From assembly GCA_963674695.2 (NCBI GenBank), contig CAXXGI010000003.1, forward strand, positions 192,001 through 256,000: 64,000 bases of DNA. Direction: 5' to 3'. A model generated the notes under the pieces. It was not told where the DNA came from and did no database searches. It was given only the letters and a program-made list of their open reading frames with translations. A program made the position numbers and the translations under genes. Shown in pieces: positions 1 to 9,142 of this stretch; position 1 is the stretch's first letter, and each line of letters begins with the position of its first letter. The DNA comes from a bacterium. Lineage in GTDB: Bacteria; UBA10199; 2-02-FULL-44-16; JAAZCA01.

Positions 1-1
1 A

Positions 2-244
2 CATCTTCCGCAGGGCGTGCACGCCTTTCTCTTCGGTTCCCGCGTCGATGGGTCAGCGAAGAAGACCTCCGATCTTGACATCCTCGTGAAGGGGGGCTCG
101 GAGATTGATCTGCGCACGATGGCGCTTTTGCGCGATGCGTTCGAGGAGAGCGATCTGCCCTTCAATGTTGATCTGCTCGACTTTCATGCCCTCACCGAGA
201 AGATGTATGCCAACATCAAAGATGGCTTGGTGAGGGTGGTCTGA
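2..244 (+). CDS. Minimal nucleotidyltransferase (MNT / pol-beta family, antitoxin-like), 5' truncated by window edge
   Basis: LFGSR...SDLDIL...VDLLD motifs. The frame is open to the window start. Its stop overlaps the next ATG (TGATG). Confidence 0.8.
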   Translation, partial: HLPQGVHAFLFGSRVDGSAKKTSDLDILVKGGSEIDLRTMALLRDAFEESDLPFNVDLLDFHALTEKMYANIKDGLVRVV

Positions 245-1806
245 TGAACCTTGCCCACGTTGAAATCAACGAACAGTTTGCGCGTGCCCTTGAGCTGATG
301 GGAGCGGGCGCGGGGCATGTCTTCGTGACGGGGCGGGCGGGAACCGGGAAATCGACGCTCCTCGAATATTTCCGTGAACAGTCCAAGAAAAAAATTGTCG
401 TCCTCGCGCCCACGGGCGTGGCGGCGGTGAATATCGGCGGACAGACGGTCCACTCCTTCTTTCGGTTTAAGCCGGACATCACCATCGAGAAGGCCGAACG
501 CGCGGCACGCAAGGTGGCGGGGAAAAAGGGCGGTGAGATCTACAAGAAACTCGACGCCATCGTCATCGACGAGATCTCGATGGTGCGCGCCGATCTCTTC
601 GACTGCATCGATCGTTTTTTGCGGATCGCGCGAGAGAAACAGAAAATCCCCTTCGGCGGGGCGCGCCTCATCATGATCGGCGACCTCTACCAGCTCCCGC
701 CGGTGGTGACTTCGGCCGAGCGTCATATCTTCTCCGAACACTATCCGAGCCCGTATTTTTTCGATGCGCATATCTTTTCCGAGATGGCGTTTGAACTGGT
801 GGAACTGACGAAGGTCTATCGCCAGCGCGATGAACGCTTCATCGGGCTCCTCAATGCTATCCGCAATCGGACGGTGACAGAGGACGACCTCGACGCCCTC
901 AATGCGCGCTACCAGCCCGACTTTATCCCGGGCGACGACTATTACATCCACCTCACCCCGTTCAACGCTTCTGCGGCCGATGTGAATCGTGAGCGTTTGG
1001 GTCAGCTCAAAGGGCGCGCGCGCATCTACCAGGCCGAGTCGATGGGGGACTTCAAGCGCGATTCCTATCCCGCCGAAGAGCGCCTCTCGCTCAAGAAGGG
1101 CGCGCAGGTGATGCTCGTCAACAATGACTCGCTCGGTCGGTGGGTGAACGGGACGATCGCCGAGGTGACGGCGATGGAGAGCGATGCTGTCGAGGTGCGG
1201 CTTCCCTCGGGCGAGCGCGAGTGGGTCGAGCCCAGTACGTGGGAACTCTTTCATTTCGAGATGGCGCCGAACGGCCGTTCGATCGTGTCCAATCCGGTGG
1301 GGGCGTTCACCCAGATTCCGCTCAAGCTCGCGTGGGCGGTGACCATCCACAAGGCGCAGGGAAAGACCTTCGATCGCGTCGTGGTCGATCTCGGGCGCGG
1401 GACCTTTGCGCCCGGCCAGCTCTACGTCGCGCTGAGTCGTTGTACCTCGCTCGAAGGCCTGGTGCTCAAGACGAAGCTCAAAAAGACGCACGCGATGGTC
1501 GACTACCGCGTGATGAAGTTCCTCACGCAGTATCACTATGATCGCTCCGAGGAGGCCTCGCCTCTCGAGGAGAAGCGGCGTCTCATCGAGGCGGCGATCG
1601 AGGCGGGGGACAAGCTCGCCATCACCTATCTCAAGGCGAGCGATGAGAAGAGCCATCGCGTGATCGAACCGAGCGAGGTGGGCGAGATGGAGTTCAAGGG
1701 CTTTCCCTTCATCGGGATGACGGGATACTGTCTCAAGCGGCGCGACAAACGCGTCTTTCGGGTGGATCGGATATTAAAAATGGAAGTGCTCAGGAGCGGG
1801 AAATAG
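244..1806 (+). CDS. Pif1/RecD-like SF1B helicase with C-terminal WYL domain
   Basis: GRAGTGKS, LAPTGVAA, IDEISMV, GDLYQLPP, WAVTIHKAQG, YVALSR. C-terminus ITY...RVIEP...GYCLKRRDKRVFRVDRI is WYL-like. Confidence 0.85.
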   Translation: MNLAHVEINEQFARALELMGAGAGHVFVTGRAGTGKSTLLEYFREQSKKKIVVLAPTGVAAVNIGGQTVHSFFRFKPDITIEKAERAARKVAGKKGGEIYKKLDAIVIDEISMVRADLFDCIDRFLRIAREKQKIPFGGARLIMIGDLYQLPPVVTSAERHIFSEHYPSPYFFDAHIFSEMAFELVELTKVYRQRDERFIGLLNAIRNRTVTEDDLDALNARYQPDFIPGDDYYIHLTPFNASAADVNRERLGQLKGRARIYQAESMGDFKRDSYPAEERLSLKKGAQVMLVNNDSLGRWVNGTIAEVTAMESDAVEVRLPSGEREWVEPSTWELFHFEMAPNGRSIVSNPVGAFTQIPLKLAWAVTIHKAQGKTFDRVVVDLGRGTFAPGQLYVALSRCTSLEGLVLKTKLKKTHAMVDYRVMKFLTQYHYDRSEEASPLEEKRRLIEAAIEAGDKLAITYLKASDEKSHRVIEPSEVGEMEFKGFPFIGMTGYCLKRRDKRVFRVDRILKMEVLRSGK

Positions 1807-1869
1807 ATGAAGGCCTTCCGGTGGAACGTGAAACCATTTTTTCGATGATGATGAAGGAAGAGCGATGAT

Positions 1870-4581
1870 ATGACCAAAAAACGCAAAACACTCTATCTCG
1901 TCGACGGCGCGAACTATGTCTTTCGCGCCTATTACGCCATGCCGCATCTGTCGAATGCGAAGGGGCAGCCCACCGGTGCGCTCTACGGGTTTGCGCAGAT
2001 GCTCCTCAAACTCGTGCGCGAGGAGAAGCCCGATTATCTCGCCGTCTGCTTCGACCTGCCCGGGCCCACCTTTCGCGACGAGATCTTTGAGGACTACAAG
2101 GCCAATCGCAAGGAGCCGCCCGAGGATCTGGCGCAGCAGTTTCCCTTCGTGCGTCCGCTCGTCGAGGCGATGGGGATCGTCGCTCTCGACAAGGTTGGGT
2201 TCGAGGCCGACGACCTCATCGGAACGCTCGCCAAGAAACATGAGGATGAGTGCGATGTTGTCATCGTCTCGGGGGATAAGGACCTGATGCAGCTCGTCGG
2301 GGAACATGTCACGATCCTGGACGAGATGAAGGGGCTGCGCGCCGGCATCCCGGAGGTGCGCGATCGGTTCGGCGTGAATCCCGAACAGGTGATCGACGTC
2401 CTGGGCCTGGCCGGAGATGCGTCCGATAATATCCCGGGGGTCAATGGCATCGGGATCAAGACGGCGATCAAGCTCATTCAGGAGTATGGATCGCTCGAAT
2501 CGGTCATCGAAAACGCGGGCAAGATCAAGGGGGTGATGGGGCGCAAGGTGGCGGCGCAGGCCGAGCAGGCGCGGCTCTCTTTTCGTTTAGCGACGATCGA
2601 TTCGAACGTCTCTTTTAACCTCCACTTGAAGGATCTTGAATGTCGCAATGTCGAAGCGGCCGGCGTGAAGGAACTCTTCAAAGAGTTTGAATTCTCGAAG
2701 CTTTTGGGTGACGTGGCGCCACAGAAGGCGATCTCCTATGATAACTATCGCCTCGTGACGGATGAAAAGGGTTTAAGGGGTGCATGTAAGGTCTTGAAAG
2801 ATAAGAAGATATTGTCGCTCGACCTCGAGACGACCTCGCTCAATACGATGCAGGCCGAGATCGTCGGGATATCGCTCTGCTGGGCGCCGGGCGAGTCGGC
2901 CTATGTCCCGGTGGGGCATCGATCTGCCCTGAAGACGGGCCAGACCGGCGACCTCTTCGGCTCGGCGGAGCAGCTCATTCCGGAACAGCTCCCAGCCGAT
3001 CTCGTCTGGAATCACCTTCGCCCGATCCTGGCCGATCCCGCGATCGCCAAGATCGGGCAGAATTTGAACTATGATCTGACGATCCTCAAGCGCTTGGGGA
3101 TCGACGTAGAGGGGGTGGCCTTCGACACGATGCTGGCCTCCTATGTCCTCGATCCGGGTCAGGATCACTCGCTCGATGCCCAGGCTCAGCGTCATCTCGA
3201 ACATCGAACGATTCGCTACGATGAGGTGACGGGCAAGGGGCGCGATAAGCGAAACTTCTCCGAGGTGACGCTGGAAGAGGCCTTTCACTATGCCGCCGAG
3301 GACGCCGATGTGGCGCTGCGCCTCAAGGAGCTACTCCTGCCCCGCATCGAGGCGGAGGGGATGCACGACCTCTATTATGATATGGAGATGCGCCTCCTGC
3401 CGGTGCTCATCGACATGCAATTGGTGGGCGTGAAGGTGCATGCGAAGCGGCTGGCCGAGCTCGAGAAGGATTTTTCCAAGCGTTTGGCCGGGCTCGAGGG
3501 CGAGATCTTTGCGGCAGCTGGCGCCGAGTTCAACATCAACTCGCCCAAGCAGTTGGGTGCGATCCTCTTCGAAAAGCTGGGGCTCACCGGAGGGAAGCGG
3601 ACCAAGACCGGTTTTTCGACGAATCAGTCGGTGCTGGAAGATCTCGCAGACGTCCATCCGGTGCCGCGCATGGTGCTCGACTATCGCTCGCTTTCAAAGC
3701 TCAAGGGGACCTATATCGATGCCCTGCCACAACTCATCGATCCGGCCACCGGGCGCGTGCATACTTCCTTTAACCAGGCGCGCGCGGCGACCGGGCGGCT
3801 CTCCTCATCCGACCCGAATCTCCAGAATATCCCGGTGCGGGGTGAGGAGGGCAGAAAAATCCGCGAGGCCTTCGTGGCCGAGGAGGGGTTTTGCCTCATC
3901 TCGGCGGATTACTCGCAGATCGAGCTGCGCGTGCTCGCCCAGATTGCGCGCGATCCCGCACTCGTCGATGCCTTCGCGCACGGCCGCGATGTGCATGCGA
4001 TCACGGCGGCCGGCATCTTCGGTGTCGATGTGGGAGAGGTCAGCCGCGAGCAGCGCGCGGTGGGCAAGACGGTCAACTTCGCGACGATCTACGGTCAGAC
4101 GGCCTTCGGCTTGGCCAAGCAGCTCGGCATCGATCCCGGAGAGGCCGCGCACTATATCGAGAGCTACTTCAAACGCTATCCGGCGGTGGCGAGTTTGCGC
4201 GATCAGATCCTCGAAGACACGCGTCGCGATGGGTTTGTGACCACCCTCATGGGGCGGCGGCGCTTCTTCCCGGATATCGAGAGTTCGAACGGGGGCATTC
4301 GCCAGATCGCCGAACGCATGGCCTTCAATACGGTCTTCCAAGGGACGGCCGCCGACATCATCAAGATCGCCATGATCGACATTCACGCCAAGCTGCCGAA
4401 GGTTTCACCCGAATCCCGCATGATCCTGCAGGTGCACGATGAACTCCTCTTCGAGGCGCCGGATGCGGAGGCCGAAAAGGTCGCGGCCTTCGCCAAAGAA
4501 CGCATGGAAGGCGCCCTCGACCTCGACGTCCCCCTCGTTGTCGACGTCGGCATTGCCAAGAACTGGGCCGAAGCGCACTGA
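1870..4581 (+). CDS. polA: DNA polymerase I
   Basis: 5'-3' exonuclease (LVDG, EADDLIGT, SGDKD), 3'-5' exonuclease (DLETT), polymerase (TGRLSSSDPNLQNIP, ADYSQIELR, QVHDEL). Confidence 0.98.
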   Translation: MTKKRKTLYLVDGANYVFRAYYAMPHLSNAKGQPTGALYGFAQMLLKLVREEKPDYLAVCFDLPGPTFRDEIFEDYKANRKEPPEDLAQQFPFVRPLVEAMGIVALDKVGFEADDLIGTLAKKHEDECDVVIVSGDKDLMQLVGEHVTILDEMKGLRAGIPEVRDRFGVNPEQVIDVLGLAGDASDNIPGVNGIGIKTAIKLIQEYGSLESVIENAGKIKGVMGRKVAAQAEQARLSFRLATIDSNVSFNLHLKDLECRNVEAAGVKELFKEFEFSKLLGDVAPQKAISYDNYRLVTDEKGLRGACKVLKDKKILSLDLETTSLNTMQAEIVGISLCWAPGESAYVPVGHRSALKTGQTGDLFGSAEQLIPEQLPADLVWNHLRPILADPAIAKIGQNLNYDLTILKRLGIDVEGVAFDTMLASYVLDPGQDHSLDAQAQRHLEHRTIRYDEVTGKGRDKRNFSEVTLEEAFHYAAEDADVALRLKELLLPRIEAEGMHDLYYDMEMRLLPVLIDMQLVGVKVHAKRLAELEKDFSKRLAGLEGEIFAAAGAEFNINSPKQLGAILFEKLGLTGGKRTKTGFSTNQSVLEDLADVHPVPRMVLDYRSLSKLKGTYIDALPQLIDPATGRVHTSFNQARAATGRLSSSDPNLQNIPVRGEEGRKIREAFVAEEGFCLISADYSQIELRVLAQIARDPALVDAFAHGRDVHAITAAGIFGVDVGEVSREQRAVGKTVNFATIYGQTAFGLAKQLGIDPGEAAHYIESYFKRYPAVASLRDQILEDTRRDGFVTTLMGRRRFFPDIESSNGGIRQIAERMAFNTVFQGTAADIIKIAMIDIHAKLPKVSPESRMILQVHDELLFEAPDAEAEKVAAFAKERMEGALDLDVPLVVDVGIAKNWAEAH

Positions 4582-4585
4582 GGCT

Positions 4586-4617
4586 TCAGGCCAGTCAGGC
4601 CAGTCAAGCGAGACAGG
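4586..4617. repeat. 9-bp GCCAGTCAR tandem tract just after the polA stop
   Basis: tcaggccagtcaggccagtcaagcgagacagg. Same unit as 7191-7271; inverted copies at 5351-5373. Confidence 0.75.
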
Positions 4618-4638
4618 CAGTGCACACCGCGAGACTGC

Positions 4639-4930
4639 CGACTGCCTGCCGCGACCGCTTTCCCTTCGTCGCAGAAGTGAGACAAAAGCCCGGCAGTGTG
4701 TTTTACGGGGATCGCCGTCTCGGCTCAAACGCCGCCTCGACGGCTTTGCTTCTTCCGTCGCAGCATTAGAGGCTTAGATCGCGACGAAAGAAGATATCCC
4801 CTACAAACACACTGCCGGGCTTTTGTCTTCAAGAGATCTTTATACTCCTCCGGGAAGGGGCAAGGCTCGCGGCGAGTAGGGAGGCGAGCGCTTTCAGCGA
4901 TGAAGGGACGGCGGTTGCAGCAGGCAGTCG
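4639..4930. repeat. Nested-palindrome non-coding element, family A copy 1
   Basis: Imperfect outer inverted repeat 4639-4677/4892-4930 and perfect 24-bp inner inverted repeat 4680-4703/4805-4828. Core is homologous to 27758-27872. Confidence 0.8.
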
Positions 4931-4979
4931 TCCGGATTCCGGTTCGAAGAGGGCGGCGGGGTTGTCGGTGGATGTGCGA

Positions 4980-5375
4980 TCAATGCGGGGTGACGAGGAC
5001 GCTGATCGTTGCGGCGATGGCGGTGGCCAGCAGCCCAAGCCCTATTCCGAGCCCGACCGTTTTCCCGGTGGAAAATTCCTTGTGAGAGATCTCGCTGATC
5101 TGCGTGCGGTCATACCGAAGCCATTGCCCTCGTTCTGACGCATAGACCCACACCGAACTGTCATCGACGCGGAGATGATTGCCGCGGACGGTCGTCTTCG
5201 AGCCGTTTGAGAAGGCGACGACGTAGCGATCCTTTTCGATGGGCTGGATCGGTGCGGCGTTGATGCCGTGCAGGGAGAGGGGTTTTGTCGTCGTGCACGC
5301 GAAGAGGGTGGTAAAAAGGAGCAGGCACGCGAGTATTTGTACGAGAGGTTTCGCCTGACTCGCCTGACTCGCCAT
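4980..5375 (-). CDS. Hypothetical lipoprotein with C-terminal hydrophobic helix
   Basis: LFAC lipobox after a hydrophobic stretch. The N-terminal ASQASQA is encoded by the 9-bp repeat. Confidence 0.6.
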   Translation of the reverse strand: MASQASQAKPLVQILACLLLFTTLFACTTTKPLSLHGINAAPIQPIEKDRYVVAFSNGSKTTVRGNHLRVDDSSVWVYASERGQWLRYDRTQISEISHKEFSTGKTVGLGIGLGLLATAIAATISVLVTPH

Positions 5376-5378
5376 ATT

Positions 5379-6401
5379 CTATGCCTCGAAATGCATCGTC
5401 GTGTCGCCGATGCCGATTTCGTCGCCGTTGGCGAGCACATATTCCTCGACGCGCTGGCCGTTGACGTAGGAGCCGTTGGAGCTGTTGAGGTCGACGAAGA
5501 CGTATTCGTTCCCCTGTTTCTGCACCTGGGCGTGCTGGCGGCTGACCTTGGCGTCGTGCAGCGTGATCGTGCTCGATTCGGCGCGCCCGATGGAGAGCGT
5601 TCCCTTGAGCGGGTAGGCCGTGCCCGCGTTGGGACCGTTGACGATGACGAGCCGAGCGGCGTTCTCCTCGGCCTTCGGCATGCCGGGGCTGGGGATTTTG
5701 CGTTCGGTGGAACTCGTCTCGATCTCGGGGGAGGTCGTATCTCCCGCGCCCTTTGGCGCTGAAAAATAGTCCGGGCCCTCATCGTCGACGACAAAGCCGC
5801 CCGCATCGGTGACCGGTTCGCGCTCGTGCGGTGCGGGTTCGATGGCGCCCTCGTCGGTGAGGCCTGAGACCTCGGCTGCACCGGTGTCCGCTTCGGCGAC
5901 ATCGATCGGTACTTGGGTCTCCTGCGGCGCAAAGAGTTCGTCTTCGCCTTCGAAGATGGCTTCGTAGCGCGCGATGTTGCCTTCGACCGCGCCCAAAATC
6001 GTTTCGAATTTGGAGATCTTGTCCTGTTCCTCCTTGGCGGCCGACTGATATTCCTCTTCGGTGAATTCACCCAGCGAGTTGCGGAACTTGATCTCCTCGA
6101 GTTTGTGCTGGTGCTCTTCGAGTTGTCCCGAGAGCGTCTTGCGCGTCTCATAGAGCGCGGTCAGCTCTCCGTCGATCTCCTCTTTGCGCTCCAGGACCGA
6201 GGTGGTGGCCTCCGTCAGCCGCCCCTCATAATCGTCGCGAACGCGTTTATAGACGGCCTCGGTGACCTCTTCCTTCTGATCCTCGATCTTGGCCAGGCGA
6301 TCCTTGATGACGCGCCACTCCTCCTTGGCCTGCGTGGCGTTCTCGAGAAGTTCCTGATTGATCGGGTATTCCAGTTCCGGGCTCGTGGATGTCTCGGTCA
6401 T
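5379..6401 (-). CDS. Coiled-coil protein with C-terminal FHA domain
   Basis: IGR...VSRQHA...DLNSSNGSYVNG...GDEIGIG FHA motif. Start moved to MTETS (6401), which follows GGAGGA. Confidence 0.9.
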   Translation of the reverse strand: MTETSTSPELEYPINQELLENATQAKEEWRVIKDRLAKIEDQKEEVTEAVYKRVRDDYEGRLTEATTSVLERKEEIDGELTALYETRKTLSGQLEEHQHKLEEIKFRNSLGEFTEEEYQSAAKEEQDKISKFETILGAVEGNIARYEAIFEGEDELFAPQETQVPIDVAEADTGAAEVSGLTDEGAIEPAPHEREPVTDAGGFVVDDEGPDYFSAPKGAGDTTSPEIETSSTERKIPSPGMPKAEENAARLVIVNGPNAGTAYPLKGTLSIGRAESSTITLHDAKVSRQHAQVQKQGNEYVFVDLNSSNGSYVNGQRVEEYVLANGDEIGIGDTTMHFEA

Positions 6402-6458
6402 GATTATCCTCCAACATATTGAAAATTCTCGGGATCCTATAAAGGAGGCGGGCGGACC

Positions 6459-6514
6459 GGTCAATAGAAACTTCGGACCATAGACCATGGACCATTGACC
6501 ATAGACCATTGACC
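6459..6514. repeat. 7-bp GACCATN tandem tract (5.5 units, 6476-6514) with a short inverted remnant (6459-6467)
   Basis: gaccata gaccatg gaccatt gaccata gaccatt gacc in the divergent intergenic region. Confidence 0.8.
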
Positions 6515-6556
6515 CGGACTCTCGATTCAGAGATAACGGACACCCGAGGGAGGCAT

Positions 6557-7207
6557 ATGGACATCGCAAAAACCATCGATCACACCTTGCTCAAGCCGGA
6601 GGCGACGCCGGAGGCGATCGACCAAATCTGTGCAGAGGCGGCCCAGCATGGGTTTGCTGCCGTCTGTGTCAATCCGGTCTATGTCGCACGCGCGGCGGGA
6701 GCGCTGGCGGGCACAGGGGTTGAAGTGGCCACCGTCGTCGGCTTTCCGCTCGGGGCCAACACCACGAGCATCAAGGCGCGCGAGGCCTGGGAGGCTCTCC
6801 AGCAGGGCGCGACCGAGATCGACATGGTCATAAACGTCGGCCTCTTCAAGGGGGGGCAGCGCAAGGCCGTGGGCGACGAGATCGCCGAGATCGTGCGCGT
6901 GGCGGAGAAATTTCCGGTGAAGGTGATCCTCGAGACGTCACTCCTTTCAGATGAAGAGATCGCCGAAGCATCGACGCTCGCGATGGATGCGGGCGCGGCG
7001 TTCGTGAAGACCTCCACCGGGTTCGGTTCGCGCGGAGCCAGTGTGAATGATGTGCGCATCATGAAGCAGACGGTTGGGGATCGTTGTCAGATCAAGGCCA
7101 GCGGCGGCATTCGCACGCGCGCGGATGCGCTCGCCATGATCGAAGCAGGGGCCTCCCGCATCGGCACGAGCGCAGGTGTGGTGATCGTTGGTGAGTCAAG
7201 CGAGTAA
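6557..7207 (+). CDS. deoC: Deoxyribose-phosphate aldolase
   Basis: IDHTLLKP, VGFPLG, EIDMVIN, FVKTSTGF, IKASGGIR, RIGTS. RBS GGAGG before ATG 6557. Confidence 0.97.
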   Translation: MDIAKTIDHTLLKPEATPEAIDQICAEAAQHGFAAVCVNPVYVARAAGALAGTGVEVATVVGFPLGANTTSIKAREAWEALQQGATEIDMVINVGLFKGGQRKAVGDEIAEIVRVAEKFPVKVILETSLLSDEEIAEASTLAMDAGAAFVKTSTGFGSRGASVNDVRIMKQTVGDRCQIKASGGIRTRADALAMIEAGASRIGTSAGVVIVGESSE

Positions 7208-7318
7208 GGCCAGTCAGGCCAGTCAAGCTAGTCAGGCCAGTCAAGCCAGTCAAGCCAGTCAAGCTAGTCAGGTTGACAGCATTGTTCAAAGTCGTTTGCC
7301 TGACTCGCCTGACTGGCG
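7191..7318. repeat. Inverted microsatellite element: about 9 x GCCAGTCAR (7191-7271), spacer, inverted units (7298-7318)
   Basis: Units read directly. The array overlaps the deoC stop. Confidence 0.9.
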
Positions 7319-7336
7319 TTTCTTCCTGGAGGATCC

Positions 7337-8173
7337 ATGGACTTCTCATCTTATTTTCCCCGCGTCGAGGAAGCCGTGAGCTGGCTTGAACAGCGCATCT
7401 CGATCAAACCCCGTGTCGTTGTCGTCCTCTCCGGTGGGCTGGGTGCGTTTGCCGATGGCATGACCGACGTCGTCGAGGTCTCCGCTGCTGATATTCCGCA
7501 TTTTCCGACCGCTTCCGCCGAAGGCCACTCCGGCAAACTCCTCTTCGGTCGGAAGGAGGGTGTCCCCATCGTCGTCCTGCAGGGACGTTATCATTATTAT
7601 GAAGGCCATGCGCCACAGATGGTTGTCTTTCCGTACTTTGTTTTGGCGGGGCTCGGTGCGCAGGAGCTCATCACCACCAATGCGGTCGGCGGTGTGAATA
7701 GCGATTTTGCGCCGGGCGATATCATGCTCGTCACCGATCATATCAATATGATGGGGATCAACCCCTTGATCGGGATCGCGATTCAACGCGCGACCGATCA
7801 GTTCACGAGCATGACCGATGCCTACAGTGCAGAGCTGAGCGAGATTGCGCGCGAGGCGGCGAAACGGTTGAAGATCGATCTCAAGGAGGGGGTTTATCTG
7901 GCGACCTCCGGTCCGAGCTATGAGACCAAGGCCGAGGTCGCGGCCTTTCGTCAGATGGGCGCGGACGCGGTGGGGATGTCCACCGTGCCGGCGGTGATCG
8001 CGGCAAATTTTCTGGGGCTGCGCGTCCTGACGTTCTCGTGCATCGCCAATCCAGCGGCTGATCTGCATGAGGGAAAGATGTCACACCAGGAGGTGCTCGA
8101 TGCGATGAACGCCATGGCGCCGAAGATGGTGGCGCTGTTGCAAGGCGTGGTCGGCGAGATGGAGACAGCATGA
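7337..8173 (+). CDS. punA: Purine-nucleoside phosphorylase (trimeric, PNP-I family)
   Basis: IPHFP, GHSG, QGRYHYYEG, TNAVGG, DHIN, GPSYET, GADAVGMSTVP. Confidence 0.93.
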   Translation: MDFSSYFPRVEEAVSWLEQRISIKPRVVVVLSGGLGAFADGMTDVVEVSAADIPHFPTASAEGHSGKLLFGRKEGVPIVVLQGRYHYYEGHAPQMVVFPYFVLAGLGAQELITTNAVGGVNSDFAPGDIMLVTDHINMMGINPLIGIAIQRATDQFTSMTDAYSAELSEIAREAAKRLKIDLKEGVYLATSGPSYETKAEVAAFRQMGADAVGMSTVPAVIAANFLGLRVLTFSCIANPAADLHEGKMSHQEVLDAMNAMAPKMVALLQGVVGEMETA

Positions 8174-9078
8174 GCGGTGAGGATACAAAAAAAATCGTTC
8201 TCGGTTGTCGGGCGAGCGCGGTCGGTATTGCGCAGGCCAAGGCTGTTTCTCCACTGTTGGAGGCGGCTGGTTTTGCCGTCGAGATTCGCGGCATCAAGAC
8301 CGTGGGCGATATGCTCGACGTGACGCTCGCCGAGACCGGCGGGGCGGGTGTCTTTGTGCGTGAAATCGATGAGGCGATCGCCAGTGGCGGAGTCGACGTA
8401 GCGGTCTATGGCATGGAGGAGGTCCCCGTCCAGATGTCCACGGGGGTGGCACTCGCAGCCGTTGGCGCGCGGGTCGACGCGCGCGAGGCGTTCATCTCGA
8501 CCGTCGCGACGCGGTTCATGGATCTGCCCAAGGGGGCGCGGGTCGGGGTGTCGGGGATGCGCCGGCAGATGCAGCTTCTGGCCCTGCGACCGGATATCGA
8601 GATCGTCGAACTCAAGGGAGATCTGCACGCACGACTCAAACAGCTGGAAGGGGGCGATGCCGATGCTCTCGTCCTCGATGCGGCGGGCCTCGTTCGGCTG
8701 AGCGTTGAGAAGGTGATCACCGAGGCGCTGGCTGTTGATCGTGTCGTTCCGGCGGCGGGTCAGGGGGCGCTGGCCATATTGGTCAAGAGCGGCGACAAGG
8801 ATTTTGCGCGCGCGATCTTTTCGGCATGTCACCATCGTGCCACGGGCGTGGTCGTGCGCGCCGAGCGTGCTTTTTTGCGTGCCCTCGGTGATGCCACCGG
8901 TGCCCCCATGGGGGGGAATGCGGAGATCAAACCCTCTGGGATTGAACTCATCGGGATGCTGGGGACACCGGACGGCATGCGTTTTGAGCGCGAGCGCGAA
9001 TCCGGCCCTGTTGAAGAGGCTGCCGAGATCGGAAAACGGCTGGCAAAGACACTCAAGGATAAACTCAGTTTGAACTGA
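8170..9078 (+). CDS. hemC: Hydroxymethylbilane synthase (HemC) homolog with degenerate active site
   Basis: TVGD, GVFVREID, MRRQMQL, AAGLVRL, PAAGQGALAI, AERAFL. HSMKD reads YGMEE and GGC reads DAT. Confidence 0.8.
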   Translation: MSGEDTKKIVLGCRASAVGIAQAKAVSPLLEAAGFAVEIRGIKTVGDMLDVTLAETGGAGVFVREIDEAIASGGVDVAVYGMEEVPVQMSTGVALAAVGARVDAREAFISTVATRFMDLPKGARVGVSGMRRQMQLLALRPDIEIVELKGDLHARLKQLEGGDADALVLDAAGLVRLSVEKVITEALAVDRVVPAAGQGALAILVKSGDKDFARAIFSACHHRATGVVVRAERAFLRALGDATGAPMGGNAEIKPSGIELIGMLGTPDGMRFERERESGPVEEAAEIGKRLAKTLKDKLSLN

Positions 9079-9095
9079 GTGCGTATCGAGTGCAC

Positions 9096-9128
9096 AAAAA
9101 AGCCCGCGACCATGCGCGGGCTTTTTTT
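9096..9128. terminator. Bidirectional intrinsic terminator
   Basis: A6-gcccgcg-accatg-cgcgggc-T7 between convergent genes. Confidence 0.85.
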
Positions 9129-9142
9129 CGTCTCGATGCGTA

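Noticed and set aside
7191-7318. Tandem arrays as possible CRISPR
   Set aside because: Units are 6-9 bp and contiguous, with no unique spacers and no cas genes in the window.
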